NCBI RefSeq assembly: GCF_038025025.1
Contig: NW_027117339.1
Coordinates: 434,001-498,000, forward strand
Origin: Phyllosticta citribraziliensis
Lineage: Eukaryota
Direction of reading: 5' to 3'
Length of the DNA stretch: 64,000 nucleotides
Shown here: positions 38,036 to 50,900 of the stretch, in pieces
How the letters are laid out: each line of letters starts with the position of its first letter
How positions within the stretch are numbered: position 1 is the stretch's first letter
Program-made: the position numbers and the translations under genes
The notes under the pieces: model-generated
Database searches by the model: none
What the model saw: only the letters and a program-made list of their open reading frames with translations
What the model was told of the DNA's origin: nothing

Positions 38036-38812
38036 CGGGGAGTGTGTGCGTGTAGATGTAGGTGTGCATGCGTTCAGCAGTGGCTTCATTGCATTTGCAT
38101 TTTATGGATGGATGGACGGCTGGATTGATGGGTTTGTAGCATTGTAGGCAAGCGAGCGTTGTAGCATTCTTTTCCGGTGGCCTTTTTAACACCTGCTCCA
38201 CTGTCCCTCGTCCTCTTGTTTTCCTTTGCCGTCTAATGTCTATTCCCCTTCTGTGGCATCACGTGGTCTTTCCCAATGGTTGTTTCTGCGAGGAGTGGTG
38301 TTGATGCTGTGCCTTGGGGTGGCTCTGTCGAGTCTGGTTCTGTCATTCAGTTCGGTCTGTCTGCCTCTGTCGTCTATGGGTGGGGCTTTCTTTCCCTTGC
38401 GGCACTCTCTCCTACTCTGTGTCTTCGTTTGTCTTGTGCACTTCTCGCTCTCCTTGTCATTGCCTTCTTTCCTACGTCGAACTGCGCCGAGCGTACCTTG
38501 ACCGCTGACCAGTGCTGTGCGCGCACATCCTGCCTGCCTGCGCCGTCGACGACACCACCTCCTCCAGTGGTGTCAAGAAGAATTCATCCTCTCTGCCTGG
38601 GCTTATTTTGCTTTTCTTCTCGCCTTCTCCGCTCTTCGTCAACTCAGCAACGCATCCACGCCAGAACACACCACGTCGACCAAACCAAACCACCACCAAA
38701 CCAAACCACCACCAAACCAAACCACCACCTTCTTTCCAAGCAGGCCACCAAGCACGACTACAACCATCAAGTCATCAAAACACAAACCACAACTCAGCCA
38801 GTCACAGCCGCC

Positions 38813-39898
38813 ATGCCAACCCCGCCACCACAACATCCTCAACAATCATCCTCCTCATCCCCCCTCTCCTCCCTCCCAACCACTTCGCCATCGCCACCGT
38901 CTTCGCCCTCCCCTCTGCCGCGCCTGCGCAACTACATCGGCACCCACATCAGCAGCAGAAATAGAAGGTACAGCGCGGGCTACCTGACGCTGTTCCGCCG
39001 GCGCACGCGGCGCATGGCGCGCAGTGGGGGTGGGAGTGGTGGTGGGGGGCCGGTGTTTGAGTGGAATGGGGGTGGGGGTCTGGGTATAGAGATGGATATG
39101 GAGTGTGAGGGCGATGTCGTTGTGCTTGATGGTAGTGATGAGGAGGAGGAGGAGGATGATGAGAGTGACGAGGAGATGGAGAGCGCAGATGAGGATGAGG
39201 ATGAGGTTGGGGAGGAGGAGGAAAGTAAACAGAAAGAGAAAGAGGAGGACGTGGGATATGAGGGTTGTGATGAGGACGACGACGAGCCGAAAGTGGAGTC
39301 GCCGGCGACGCTTGTAAGTGTCCTCAGAAGCCTGACTGCCGGTACATACCTCTAATGTACCTGGTAACTGACATCTCTCCGCGCACATCAGGATGCCTGG
39401 CCCCGCCACATCGGCCGCACCCGCGACGCGCGCTGGCTTGAGGAACAGAGGCGGTTGCGCCTGAAATGGCAGCGGTGGATGGAGACTATGCCGCGCGCTG
39501 CCGACGTCCTTGCTGCCGCCGCTTTGAACAAGGATAGAATGGATGTGGACAACGACGACAACGACGACAACGACGAGAACGCTGACGCCGCCCAAGACCA
39601 ACATCCCCAACACCACGCGTCTACGTCTCTCGTCGACTCGGGTCTGGGACTGTCGCTGCCGCTGCCCGTACCACAGCAAGCGTACATGCATCAGCAAACA
39701 AATGACTCAACACCGCCGCCGCCGTACCGTCTCCACGCCTACTCGGCACCTGCGTTGAACACACAAGTTGCTCCTTCCTCTGGTGTCGGCGCCTCGCTGT
39801 ACAGTTGTCCGGCGAAGAAGCGCAGACGGGAAGAAGTGGATGACGCTGGAGAAGCGGGATTGGCGACGAAGAAGAAGAGGGTTGACATGGGGGGCTGA
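38813..39898 (+). CDS. Hypothetical protein, probably nuclear (basic patches, long acidic tract); exons 38813-39313, 39392-39898
   Basis: GTAAGT..CTGAC..CAG intron 39314-39391 joins two ORFs in frame; PAKKRRR and KKKR NLS-like motifs; no family recognised. Confidence 0.6.
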
Positions 39899-40155
39899 GA
39901 GAACGGGGTGACGGGTATGATGAACTCGGAACATCGATCTGTACAACTGTCCGGCTATGTTGCGTATATGCGCATGCAGAGCGTCCTGGACGAGCAGGAT
40001 GACAGACTGGAACGGAAGGAATTGGAGAAGGGCCCGCGGCGATGAAGACGAAGATCGAAGTCTAGGAGGAATGTAGAGGCATAGATGAGAGATGGGCCGA
40101 TGATGGTGTTGGTCTAAACTGGATGGACAACAAGAAATGACAATGTACAGAAAGA

Positions 40156-42046
40156 TCAATGCTTCCGTCCAATATACCCACTGCCCCTAAACGCAACGAC
40201 CGTCACGGCCGCCGCCGCCAACGCCATGGCGAAATTGAACCACTCAGCCGCCTTCAGGCCCTTCAAGTAACTCGGCGAGTCTTTCTGCGTGTTTGCCGCA
40301 TCGTCCAAGTCGTCGACATCGACGCCGCTGGCGGCAGCCATGACGGCCGTCTCGATGGCCGTCGCGACGGCCAGCCCGATGGCGCGGCCGACCTGGCCAA
40401 CGCTGTTGATCAGCGCGCCGCCCAACGACTGGTCCTCGGGCGGCAGGCTCTTGGCCGTGAAGAGCGTCAGGCACGGGAAGATGATGTCGGCGCCGACGAC
40501 GCTGAGCACCATGGCCGGGAAGCCGTAGGCCCAGTAGGTGGTGTGGGGGTCGATGGAGGGCACGGCGAAGAGCAGCGGGCTGATGGACAGCGCCAGCGTG
40601 CCCAGCAGCAGCAGGTAGTTGCCTGGCACGACAGCGAGCATGTGGGCCGTGGTGAAGGCGACCAGGATCCCGGCCACGCCCGTCGGGATGAAGCGCAGCG
40701 TCGTCTGGATGACGCTCAGCCCCAGGTAGTCCTGGAAGAAGTAGGTCGCGAAGAGCAGGTAGTTGCTGAAGGAGGCGAAGAAGAGGAACATGATGACCAT
40801 GGCGGCCGAGAAGCGCGCGTTGCGGAAGATGGACACTTTCATGAGCGGCCGCTTGGTCGTGTGCGCTTCCAGGTGGTGCTCCCACGCCACGAACAGCCCG
40901 ATGATGATGAGCGCGATGACGATTAGCGTCGGCACCCATGGCGTTGACCACCCGACCACGTTTCCCTCGGTCAGCGCGAACATGAGCACGACCAGCCCGA
41001 CCGTTACAAGCCCGCCGCCGGTCCAATCGATGGTCGAGAGCGCGTGCAGTCTCGGAGCAGCATCACCACCACCACTGCCATGGGCGCTTGGAGCGGGCGC
41101 CGGGATGACAAAGATGCCAGCTACAGCGCAAAGCGCGGCCAGAATGGCCCCGACCCAAAACACCCATTGCCAATTCAGGTACTGCGCAATGACGCCACCG
41201 AGGATGCTGCCGAAGATGGAGCGAACGTCACGCCGAGGATGCCAATGGCCGTGGGAACGTTGGCGGCGGCGCCCTATATCAGCCAGTCAGTCTTCACCCG
41301 TCATCCGTTTTGTGACACGGAGCAGTCAATGGACGGAGAGATTGGTCGAGAGACGGGAGGGAAGAGAGTGGATCACGCACCATGCCTTGCAGGCCGCGGA
41401 GAATATCAAAGCCAATCTCGTGCTTCACAAACGGCAGCACGACGCTCATGGCGCTGAGCCAGGCCGAGCCGGCGATGAACAGCCGCTTCTTGCCGTACAC
41501 GTCGGCCAGGCGGCCCCACATCAAGAGGAAGCAGGCAAAGGTCAGCGAGTACGCCGACACGATCCATTGCTGCCGGCTGCTCGGCACGTCCAGGTCGCGC
41601 CCGATGGTCGGCAGCACGATGACGGCGCTTTGTGCGTTGAATGTCTGCCGAAAGTTGTAAGTCTATGTGGAGGTGGAGATGGAGATGGAGACTGGCCGCG
41701 GAAGGGCAGTGGAGGGGACCATGTTGGTCGGTTGGTTGCGTACGTTGAGAAAGGCGGCTCCCGAGACGTTGAGCACCAGAAACACCAGGCGGAGTCTCGA
41801 GTACGGCAGCTTCTGCGAGTCGACCGTCGTGCTTCTGTCCAATTCGCCACCACGTGGTCCGTCGTCGCCGCTGGATTCATCCTCCTCTTCACCAATGGCC
41901 ACGTCGGCTTTTTCCTCGTCGCGCGTTTGCGTCCGCGCCGTTGACTTTTCTGCGCTGTTGCGGCTCAGCTTTTGGACACCGGCATGCTGCTCGGCAGATA
42001 CAGCGAGGACTTCGGCGTCATGATCCGGCAATCTGGCGGCAGCCAT
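40156..42046 (-). pseudogene. DHA2/Atr1-like 14-TM MFS drug-efflux transporter with internal deletion and frameshift near 41220; exons 42046-41744, 41644-41381, 41273-40156
   Basis: QWIVSAYSLTFACFLLMWGRLADVYGKKRLF, RGLQGMGAAANVPTAIGILGVTF, then the frame shifts to SIFGSILGGVIAQYLNWQWVFW...IDW.G; the unshifted frame stops at TGA 41177-41175. Confidence 0.75.
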
Positions 42047-43627
42047 GAATGTTCTCGCGCTCCAAGGAGGAGTCCCGTTTGGTCGTCAAAGGCAACAGCA
42101 GACGGTCTGCCATGGTAAAAGGAGAGAGAGAAGACTGAGTAGGAACGACAGAAAAAATTGGAGAGATCTGCTTATCCATTCCCATGATTATCTTGCGGTA
42201 TCTGAAGTGGGGACGCGGCGGCCGTTGTGGGCATTTTGCCAGTGGCTGCGCGTGTCGTGCTGGTGCTGCTGTTCGGCAGTTCCGAGAGCACGCCTGCCTG
42301 GTCGGATTTTGCGCCACGGAGCGCGCCGAACGAAGGCATGGCCTGTGGTCTTCGGCATTTTCTTTTTATCCGAAGGCACGGCTGTTTGGACGTCAGCGCG
42401 TGTGTGATGCAGACGAATTTGTCTTCTTTGTGGTAGACTTGAGGCGAGTTCTGAGGTTTGAGTCGAAGAGTTGGAGTCTGATATGCAGGGAGGCAGGAGG
42501 TCTAGATGAGGTGCAGTCTGGGCTGACCGATTTAGAGGCCGAGCACCGAGGTTTAGACTTTGACCAAGCATTGAGGCTGAAAATTAGAGTTGAACTGCAC
42601 AAAATACATGGTGGACTTGAAGAGAATTGTCCGATTTCTCGTTGGTTTTCTGTCCTCGGAAGCTTTGGAAGGACGTGCTGTCGTGGCCATAGGAAGGTCC
42701 TGTCCTGCAAGATCAAAGCAAACGGCGCTCTACGAATGTTCTCTGTACATCTGGAATAGGTGGAGCGGTCGAAAAGGGCTGGACGTCTGGTAACAAGACA
42801 GGCGATGTGGTAGCACTCTGGTGGCTCTCGGGCGGGGGATGCTAGTCCACCACGTCGACCATACTTCCTGAATAGGCAGTTGCCAAGAGAAATTGGATCT
42901 AGCTTCTCTGCAGCTAGGAGGGAGCCAGTGCAGGCCTCTCCAGGCAAGATCAAGGCTTGTCTGGGCCACAGGTTCGTTTTCGCGATCCCCTCGGCCTCCG
43001 ATGAACCTTGACACTTCAGAACCTCGCCTTTGTCTTTATGTCCGAGAGGTGCGTCGGGGATGCTTATGGCGCTGACAAAGCTTGTCCTTATACCAGCTTT
43101 TGGAAAACAATCATCAATAGTGCATCCGCCTTGGGACAGCTCGCTCGAATGCTGCACGATTGAGTTGAGAACTTGAATTCAAATCGAAGTTACAACTTTG
43201 GTGGTGACCGGATAGTGTATGTAGCAAAAGTACACCATTACCATTGCCCGACTTGGCCAGCGAGCAAGGCGATTCGATGAAATTCGAGAGCCTGTTACAA
43301 ATCAAGCTTTCCTTTACAATTTCCCCGCTGTTCCACTCGACGGGCCAATCCGCGTGCAGATCCGCAAGGCCGTTTGGCTCTGTAAGGTTAGGGGACATGA
43401 TCTCACAAGGTCACCCTGATTTCTGTTAGCCAACCCTGAGCCGCGGAGCCTGGAGTTTGGACGACGGGACCACTTTAAGTCCGTGGCGAAGCCTCAGGTT
43501 TTGCATGGCATCGTAGCTGATATAAAGCTTGAACAGCTGTCTAGATTTGCAATTCATTCTCTCACAACTTCTTCAATTCCTCAATCTCAAAAGCCGATTT
43601 CTCTACCAAGTCGACAAACGAAGCAAC

Positions 43628-44497
43628 ATGGGTTTTGCGTACAAAAAGGTCCTGCTCGTTGGAGCCACCAGCGGAATTGGTCTTGCTCTCGCAGATAAGC
43701 TCGTCCAGGAGGGCGTCCATGTCATTTCTGTCGGTCGGAGGAAGGAGAACTTGGACGAATTCGTCTCCAAGCACGGCAAAGACAAGGCCTCTTCCTACGT
43801 CTTTGATATCAACAACATTTCGGAAATCCCCAAGTTCCGCGACGACATTCTCGCGGCGCACCCCGACCTGGACTGTCTCTTCCTCAACTCTGGCATCCAG
43901 CGAGGTGCGTTTTCGTAGCTAGCCTGTTGAGCAGATGCTGACAATTGAACAGGATTGAACTTCACCAAGCCTGAGAAGATCAACCTCGACAACTTTGAGC
44001 TGGAGCTCCAGACCAACTACACTTCTTTCGTCCACCTTACCGTGGCATTCTTGCCATTCTTCCAGAAGAAGAAGGAGCCCAACAGCATCATTTACACGAC
44101 CTCGGCCGTGGCCTTTGTTCCCATCACCCACTGCCCCAACTACTGCGCGACCAAGGCTGCGCTTCACCAGCTCATCCTGGTCTTGCGCCAGCAATTGAAG
44201 GATGGCGGTTTCAAAAACCTCAAGATTATCGAACTCTACCCTCCCGCTGTCCAGACTGAGCTGCACGACGCAGACAAGCAGCCGTTCATCGAGGGCGGCC
44301 GTCAGATCGGAATGCCGTTGGCCGACTTTGTGCAAGAATCGTGGGAGGGTCTCGAGGCGGGGAAGGAGGAGATTCCGGTGGGCATGGCCAAGGAGGCCTG
44401 GAGCACTTGGGAGCAGACGAGACAGGAAAGCTATCGCCACACGCACGAGATGTTGATGGGACCCAACGGACCCATGAAGGGCTTCTACGAGTCGTAG
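43628..44497 (+). CDS. Short-chain dehydrogenase/reductase (DltE-like); exons 43628-43904, 43953-44497
   Basis: GATSGIG, NSGIQR, YCATKAALH, IIELYPPAVQTELH; in-frame intron 43905-43952. Confidence 0.92.
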
Positions 44498-44887
44498 ACG
44501 AGCTGGAGGATGGTGAATTAGCGGAAAGAAGAATTTCTGGGCGGTTACCAGCGAAAGCTTGCGAAATTGAAGTCGTGTTGATTGATTGAAACCATCCGGA
44601 TGTGTACGAGATGGTGGTGACGTTGTCCGAGCTGGGAGCGAAATACGAAAAGATGCCTTGATGCCTGCGGGCTGCGGAGGGCGGAGTTGCGGAGCACAGC
44701 AGCACAGCCCCAAGAGGCGCACCGCAGCCGTAGCCGCAACCCGGACCCGACCCATCATTCGAACATCAACGTTTCCTCCCTCTCTCACCTCTACATCAGC
44801 ATCCTCGCGAAGCATTCAGTCGTTCCCTACCGCCAACCCCTTTCGCCTTCTTTTCAACCCAAGATCCAGTCAACAACGGCCGCCACC

Positions 44888-45720
44888 ATGGGCCTCGAGG
44901 AGTTCAACGTCGCCATGACCAATCGCTCCATGCGAACCATCAAGACGGTTAGTACAGGCCCGTCCCGGCCGGCCTTTGAAAGCTTGATTCGGTTGACTAA
45001 ATGATCTCATAGGAGCTCGCATTCCTCGCCGACTCGGGTCACATCTCGCAGGAACAAATGGCCAACATCCTGACCCAACTGCCCGAGACGCCTCCCATTC
45101 TCCCCGTGGCCGACACCACCTCAGCCTACGTCGCGCCTGTCCAGCCTCAGCCAGTCCAACCCATCGCCTCTCCTCCTCCCGCGGCCCTCCCCGTCCGCAA
45201 TGCGACGCCCGCTGCGCCCTCTCCGGCCCCGGCCAACAACGAAAAGGTCGGCTACTACTCGCACAACCCGACTCCCCCGCCGCCAGCCTACCAGTCGGCG
45301 CCGCCGGGCCCGCCCACGCTCGCCGTCGCCATCGCCATGTACACGTATGCGCCATCGGACGCCGGCGACCTGGCGCTCGCGCCCAACGACCGCGTCCTCG
45401 TCACCGAGTACATGAACGCCGACTGGTGGAAGGGCCGGTCGGAGCGCACCGGCCAGGAGGGCATCTTCCCCCGCTCCTACGTCCGCGTCGACGAAAAGGG
45501 CGCCCAGGCCCAGCCCAACCCCGCCGACCAGAGCATGTCGTATGGCAACATGCCCATGGCTGTGTCGCAGGGCGGCCCCTCGAACGATCAACCTGCTGCG
45601 CCTGGCCAGGGCGGCAAAGGAGCGGAGATGGGCAAGAAGTTTGGTAAGAAGCTTGGCAATGCGACCATTTTTGGTGCTGGTGCCACGCTTGGCTCCAACA
45701 TTGTCAATGGCATTCTGTAG
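44888..45720 (+). CDS. SH3-domain protein of the Lsb1/Pin3 type; exons 44888-44947, 45013-45720
   Basis: NRSMRTIKTELAFLADSGHIS, PPPAY, SH3 (AMYTY...GDL...DWWKG...EGIFPRSYV), C-terminal KKFGKKLGNATIFGAGATLGSNIVNGIL. Confidence 0.88.
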
Positions 45721-46479
45721 ACGACAAGAGGCTGCGGTGCGGTTGCTCTATCTATCAGAGTAGAATTGGTATGAGGCATTTCTTCGTTGGATTTCTTTGC
45801 ACATTTAATCGGCGTTGGTTGTGCTATGTACACCATTGGGATTTGGGCATTTCGTTCAAGGGCTGCTTGGGTATTTCTCTGGGTGCGAAGTAAACCTGGC
45901 TCTTCAGGTTTTCATTAGATTGATATAACACACAATTCCCATTTTCCGTGTCGTTGATTGGGTAACTTTGAATCGGGTGCTTTTGAGATCATGGCGGACG
46001 TCGAGAGATTTCGCTCGCCGCCCTAGCCGCACGCAGGGCGCTATTATCCACCGCCGCAGGAACACACAGGTAGCAGTCAGCCACAACCAAGGCCACACAC
46101 GTGGCGTTGTCATCGACTACCGGTACCACAATTACCGCCCAGTGAGCGGCCGTCCTGCAGTGCTCCTGTCCACCAAAGCCTTTGGTCGTTTACATAACTC
46201 CATTCTTGAAGATTCTCGTACAACAAGGGGCTCCTGAGCAGCAGGCGCGGAAGAAGGGAAAGGAGAAGGGAAGAGGAAGTGAAGGAAGTAAGAAACCAAT
46301 GATCCAGATGCACGTTCGACGAAAAGGGGTCCCGTAAGTGCACGCCGCGCAGGGTATCATGAAGAAAGACAGCAACAACAAAAAACCATAGAAAGAGGTA
46401 GAAGCCTGAGTAGAGCAAGGAGAACGACAGACACGGAGAATGGGAGAGTGGCAGGCACACAGCACAACCATCATCATGA

Positions 46480-47911
46480 TCAGATGCTGATACTGCTCAG
46501 CCGCTGCGTCGGGGAGCCAGCCCACTCAACGTCATCGGGGCCGACGCAGCTACCGCGATCTCTAGGCCGCGCCCACGGCCGCGACGGCGGCATCGCCGCG
46601 TCGTGTTGCGCCATTGCTGCTGCTGCGGCGGCGGTGGGCCGCCGCGCTGCTTGGAACGTCATGTTGAACGACGGCTGCGTCGTGAAAAGGCTGATTTCTT
46701 TGAGCCAGGGGCCGTAGGTTGTGAGGTTGGCGGCGACGGTGCCCGCGCTTGGCGTTATTAGGAAGAAGATTGCGAAGGGGGTTGCAGCCCCTGGGAGTCA
46801 TGTTAGTTGTGTGGGGGGTTAGGTTGGTGGGGTGGATTTTGAGGGAGGGCGTACATGTCAGGTCTTCGTACTGCTCCAGGCGTGGTACGTAGACGAATTG
46901 CGTGGCGCAGCTGGCAATGGAACTGTTGGCTATTAGCATCTTGGTCAAATGAAATCCGAGACGATGGCAACTTACAGCGCAGCAAAAACGTTCACAGGCA
47001 CAAGCATCAAACGCCTGGACCAGCGCATGTCGCGCTCGCACATGGCGGCAACCGCAAACGCGGATAATATCAAATCGGCCGCCAGACTCACGCCGAGGAA
47101 CGCGTACCACAGACTCGTCATCAGTCCCTGCGAACACGCTCCGGGGAAGTTGGACCGCACGCGCGACCAGTAGTCGGTGATGGGACTGCACTGGAAGAGC
47201 AGGCTAAAGAAGAAGGCAAAACTGGCGATCGTCGAGATGGCCAGCGTGATCATTACGAGGGGTCGGTAGCTGTAGAAGTCGACCTTGCGCGCCAGGTAGA
47301 AGGCGATGGAGATGCGCAGGAATAGGAATGCGAGCACGTAAAGGAGTGTGCTTAAATAGAAAAACTAGGGTTTTGTGAGCCATTTGAATGGCCTCGGTTT
47401 GAAGCTCAATGGTGTTGGCTCAGCGTACCTGCAATGCCACTACCACGTCTCCTTGGTGTGCAGTGCCCAAAACTCCGTATCGCAGCACTGCTTTGAGGTT
47501 TGCAGTGTGTGCTCCCAAGCCATTACAGGCGGCGACAGTCATGCAGCTGATGAAGCCGGCATGTAGAATCTTTTCCAAAAGTCAGTGTTGCAGTCCAATG
47601 GTCTGGAGTCTCGGGATGCGTCATTGGACGCACAGTGGCGCATCGTGATGCGAAGCATGGGCGCGCCGGCCTCAACTTCAGGCTCGAGCGCTGGAGGCTC
47701 GTTGCAGAATTTTTGGGAGTGCAAAGAAAGACTGTGACGCAAAAGCCCAACTTACACTTGTGATTACCATCATCCAATCGTCGATTGTAAACATCTTCCG
47801 TACAAAGACTCTGACATAAATACGAATTCCGAAAGTTGGGATGGTTAAAGAGAGAACGAAGCAAATGATGAGTAGAAGGATAAATCGTTGGTCTTCATCG
47901 GTAGTGTCCAT
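46480..47911 (-). CDS. PTH11-like (fungal rhodopsin-domain, CFEM-less) 7-TM membrane protein; exons 47911-47756, 47569-47429, 47364-46976, 46922-46855, 46790-46480
   Basis: RIYVRVFVRKMFTIDDWMM, GLGAH, LRISIAFYL, FQCSPITDYW, GAC, ADLILS; four canonical introns all keep the frame. Confidence 0.82.
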
Positions 47912-50900
47912 GGCGGTCTTTGCGCTAGGCGCGCAGGATTATGAGCCTGAAAGCTCAGAGCGCCAAAGGCTTCTAGGACAGACGGTTGCCGAAGACGATT
48001 GTTGCAGAAATCATGGCGATGGTGGGTATGTGAAGGGATGAAGCTGGCAACGAACCGTGGGAGGCGCAGGAGCAAGGACAGGGTCGGGAATAGAAATCGG
48101 CTACTTGCGTAAAATAGCCAGTCGAATAACTTGCGGAGACGGCAGCCGGTCACAGATCAAGTACCCACATGGGAGCTACCTAAGGGTCCAGACTGACGGA
48201 ATCTTGGCTGGGTGCAGCTACAGGATAGGCAGGCATTCCAGGGTAGTCTGAGGACTGAAACGAAAAGATGACTGCGCGGAGCGCGGACATTCCGCAAAGG
48301 ACAAGACGCGCAAGAATGCAACGGAAGGTCGCATGTGCCTGGACACAGTGCAGACGACGCCTGGGAAACGACTCCGGATGGCATTGGCACAAGAGGAGCT
48401 GACGAAGCCGCTTGCCTCGACTCAGCCGTGGACCTGGATAGATTGTGAGCTGTCATTCGCCAATGATCAGTCGCATCGTGTTGCACAAAACTCGTCCGCA
48501 GATGCGAGATATGTCGTGTTACATTGCAGAGATGACGGCAAATCTGTGCTGTTTTTGGACGACCATCGTGGACTCGAGATCGAAGAGGCGTTGACGAGCA
48601 TGTCGACACGAAGACACGAAGTCGATGATGAAGTCGTCAAGGACGTCAACGCCGCGATCAATGCTCATGCGAGACCGGGAGCCAGGTGGACCGTGAGTTT
48701 CACGTGACGGGAACATTATTTTGACGACACGCGAACTCAACCATCGTCAACACCTTCACTTTTTCCGCCTCCGAGCCAGCCACCAGGCAACAGAACCAAC
48801 CGCCGAGGGCAGCTGAGCCCAAAGAGTCGAGAAACGCTCCGGATCAAGTCAGGCCATGTCTCATCTCATCTCCACAACCAAGCCCCATCATGGGCGTGGA
48901 GCATCAAGCACACACCGCCTATCATTGGCTGCGGATCAACGACACCCACCTCCCCGCCCCAATTCCCACGCTGGCGGGCCGAGGCGAGGGGTCCGGTTTC
49001 ACTTTATCTCGCGTTGCATCAAAAGCACCTCCGAGTCCATGCCACGGGCGAACTTTTGACAGGACACAGACCGTCCATTGTCCAAACCGTGCATCTATCT
49101 TCGCAGCCGATCTCACTCATGGCCACACCGCTGTGGATCTGAGATCTCTGGGGCGCACATGGCTTTGCTCTTTATCGCCTTGACCCGCCCAATGAGTCTC
49201 AATGGCTCACCGATCCGCTCAACCGCTGACCTGCGACACACATGCGAACTCCGACCTCTTGCCTATCAATTCCCAATCCAGCCGTCGAGATCCTGCTGCT
49301 GCAGTCGACATCCTCCCGATTCATTTGATGTAGTCCCGGCGTCATTTTTTTATTTTTTTGCACGGAGTCTTTTCTCTTTCCAGTCGGTCATTCCCGCATG
49401 CGTCCAATTGAACTTCGTGTCGTCGTCGTACACCTCACGCTGCAGTCTTCCGCTCACCTACCGGCGGATCCAAACCGCTGGGTGCTCAGTCATACGTTAC
49501 ATGCTACCTTTGCACCTGCATCATCGCCCTCGCAACCAACGACTGCAATCCGATCGCTCGGGAACCACCACGCATAGCCTGTGCGCGCAATGTACGATGG
49601 TCTTGACGGCGGCGATGTGGAGTTTGCAGTGCTTCAAGCATTTGACAACTGCGTCAGTCGCGTGGTCTCTTGACCAGCGTTGCATCGTGGAGGTGACGCG
49701 CAACGAGGCATTTCATGCGGGAACTTACAGATCCAGGCCAAATTTCCCAGCGAAATGTATTTGGATGGGCGCTTCCGACACTTGGGACTGGCTAACGGCC
49801 GAAACTGTTGTTTGTTTTCCAGCACTGCTGCAAATCTGTCGGGCATTCCCCCAGTTGGACTCCTCATCCAGCGTGCTGCGATGTGTGTTGAGAATTACGC
49901 ATCAGCTTCCGGAACTCAAGATAACATGGCATGGTTCTGCCTCGATCCACTGATTTCGAACAGAAGAGAATCCACAGTCGAATTCCGAGGGCAAGTTTTT
50001 CCAGCTTTGTCGAATGAAGCCAAGATTGATCCACTGCCGACTAGCTCTTCGAGTCAATGGCGCAAGGCCGGCCCTGTAGATCCTCAGATGCAGAAAGGCC
50101 CTCGGACCATGATACAATCACGACTGTCCGATCTGCCCGACTCCCGATGCACGACCTCCCGAGAAAGCCTGAAAACGGCCATGGACACAGACGTAGCAAG
50201 GCAGAGCGATTCCGCGCCTGGGCCCTGACCCGGCGAGCCCCGACAAGCATCGAGTGAGCGGGAGCAGGAAGCACTGACAATGAACACCAAATTCAGACCA
50301 GTCGGCAAGAGCAGTACGTCTGGGCGCTGTCTACTCGCATCACAGATGCTATATTAATTCTTGTGGGGCTGTGATGGATTGAGTGATCTGCAACAACCCC
50401 AGCCGGAAGTGTCTCTCCGCCAATTGCGCTCAACACGAATGTGTTGAGTTGTTCCAGTGACTTACGCAACATGACAGACAACCTGGGATTTTGCGAGACG
50501 TATTCGGGTCCGTCCATGGGAGCGACTAGGGATGGTGTGAACTGATTTGGGTCCGACTCTGCTGCCTGGCTGGAAAAGTGAGCAGCTGCTTCCAAGTACG
50601 ACGCAAATGACACGGGGCTACGTAGGCAGCCCTTGAGACGGCTCCGAGTCTACGGAAATAGGAGGGTGAGTGGTCGGGTGGTTGGGAAAAGTTGGTTCAC
50701 CTGACTCTAGGGAATGCTCGGGGGCGGAAATAAGCTTCCCTCGACAGTAACACTGCGCTCTGCCGCAGGAGTCTTGAGATACGCACCACTGAGTCCATCA
50801 CGATGACTTTTCTTTGCAAGACTGATAGGAAAGTTGACCAGTGTTCAACGTACCCGGGAAGTTGCCCGGCAAACGCGGAAAGTTTGGGACTTACCAACTC

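Noticed and set aside
42184..43157. ORFs of 191 and 254 aa between the MFS pseudogene and the SDR
   Set aside because: No codon bias or motifs; divergent promoter region
48378..48707. ATG-initiated 109-codon protein-like ORF
   Set aside because: No family recognised and no splice support; noted only as part of the accessory block
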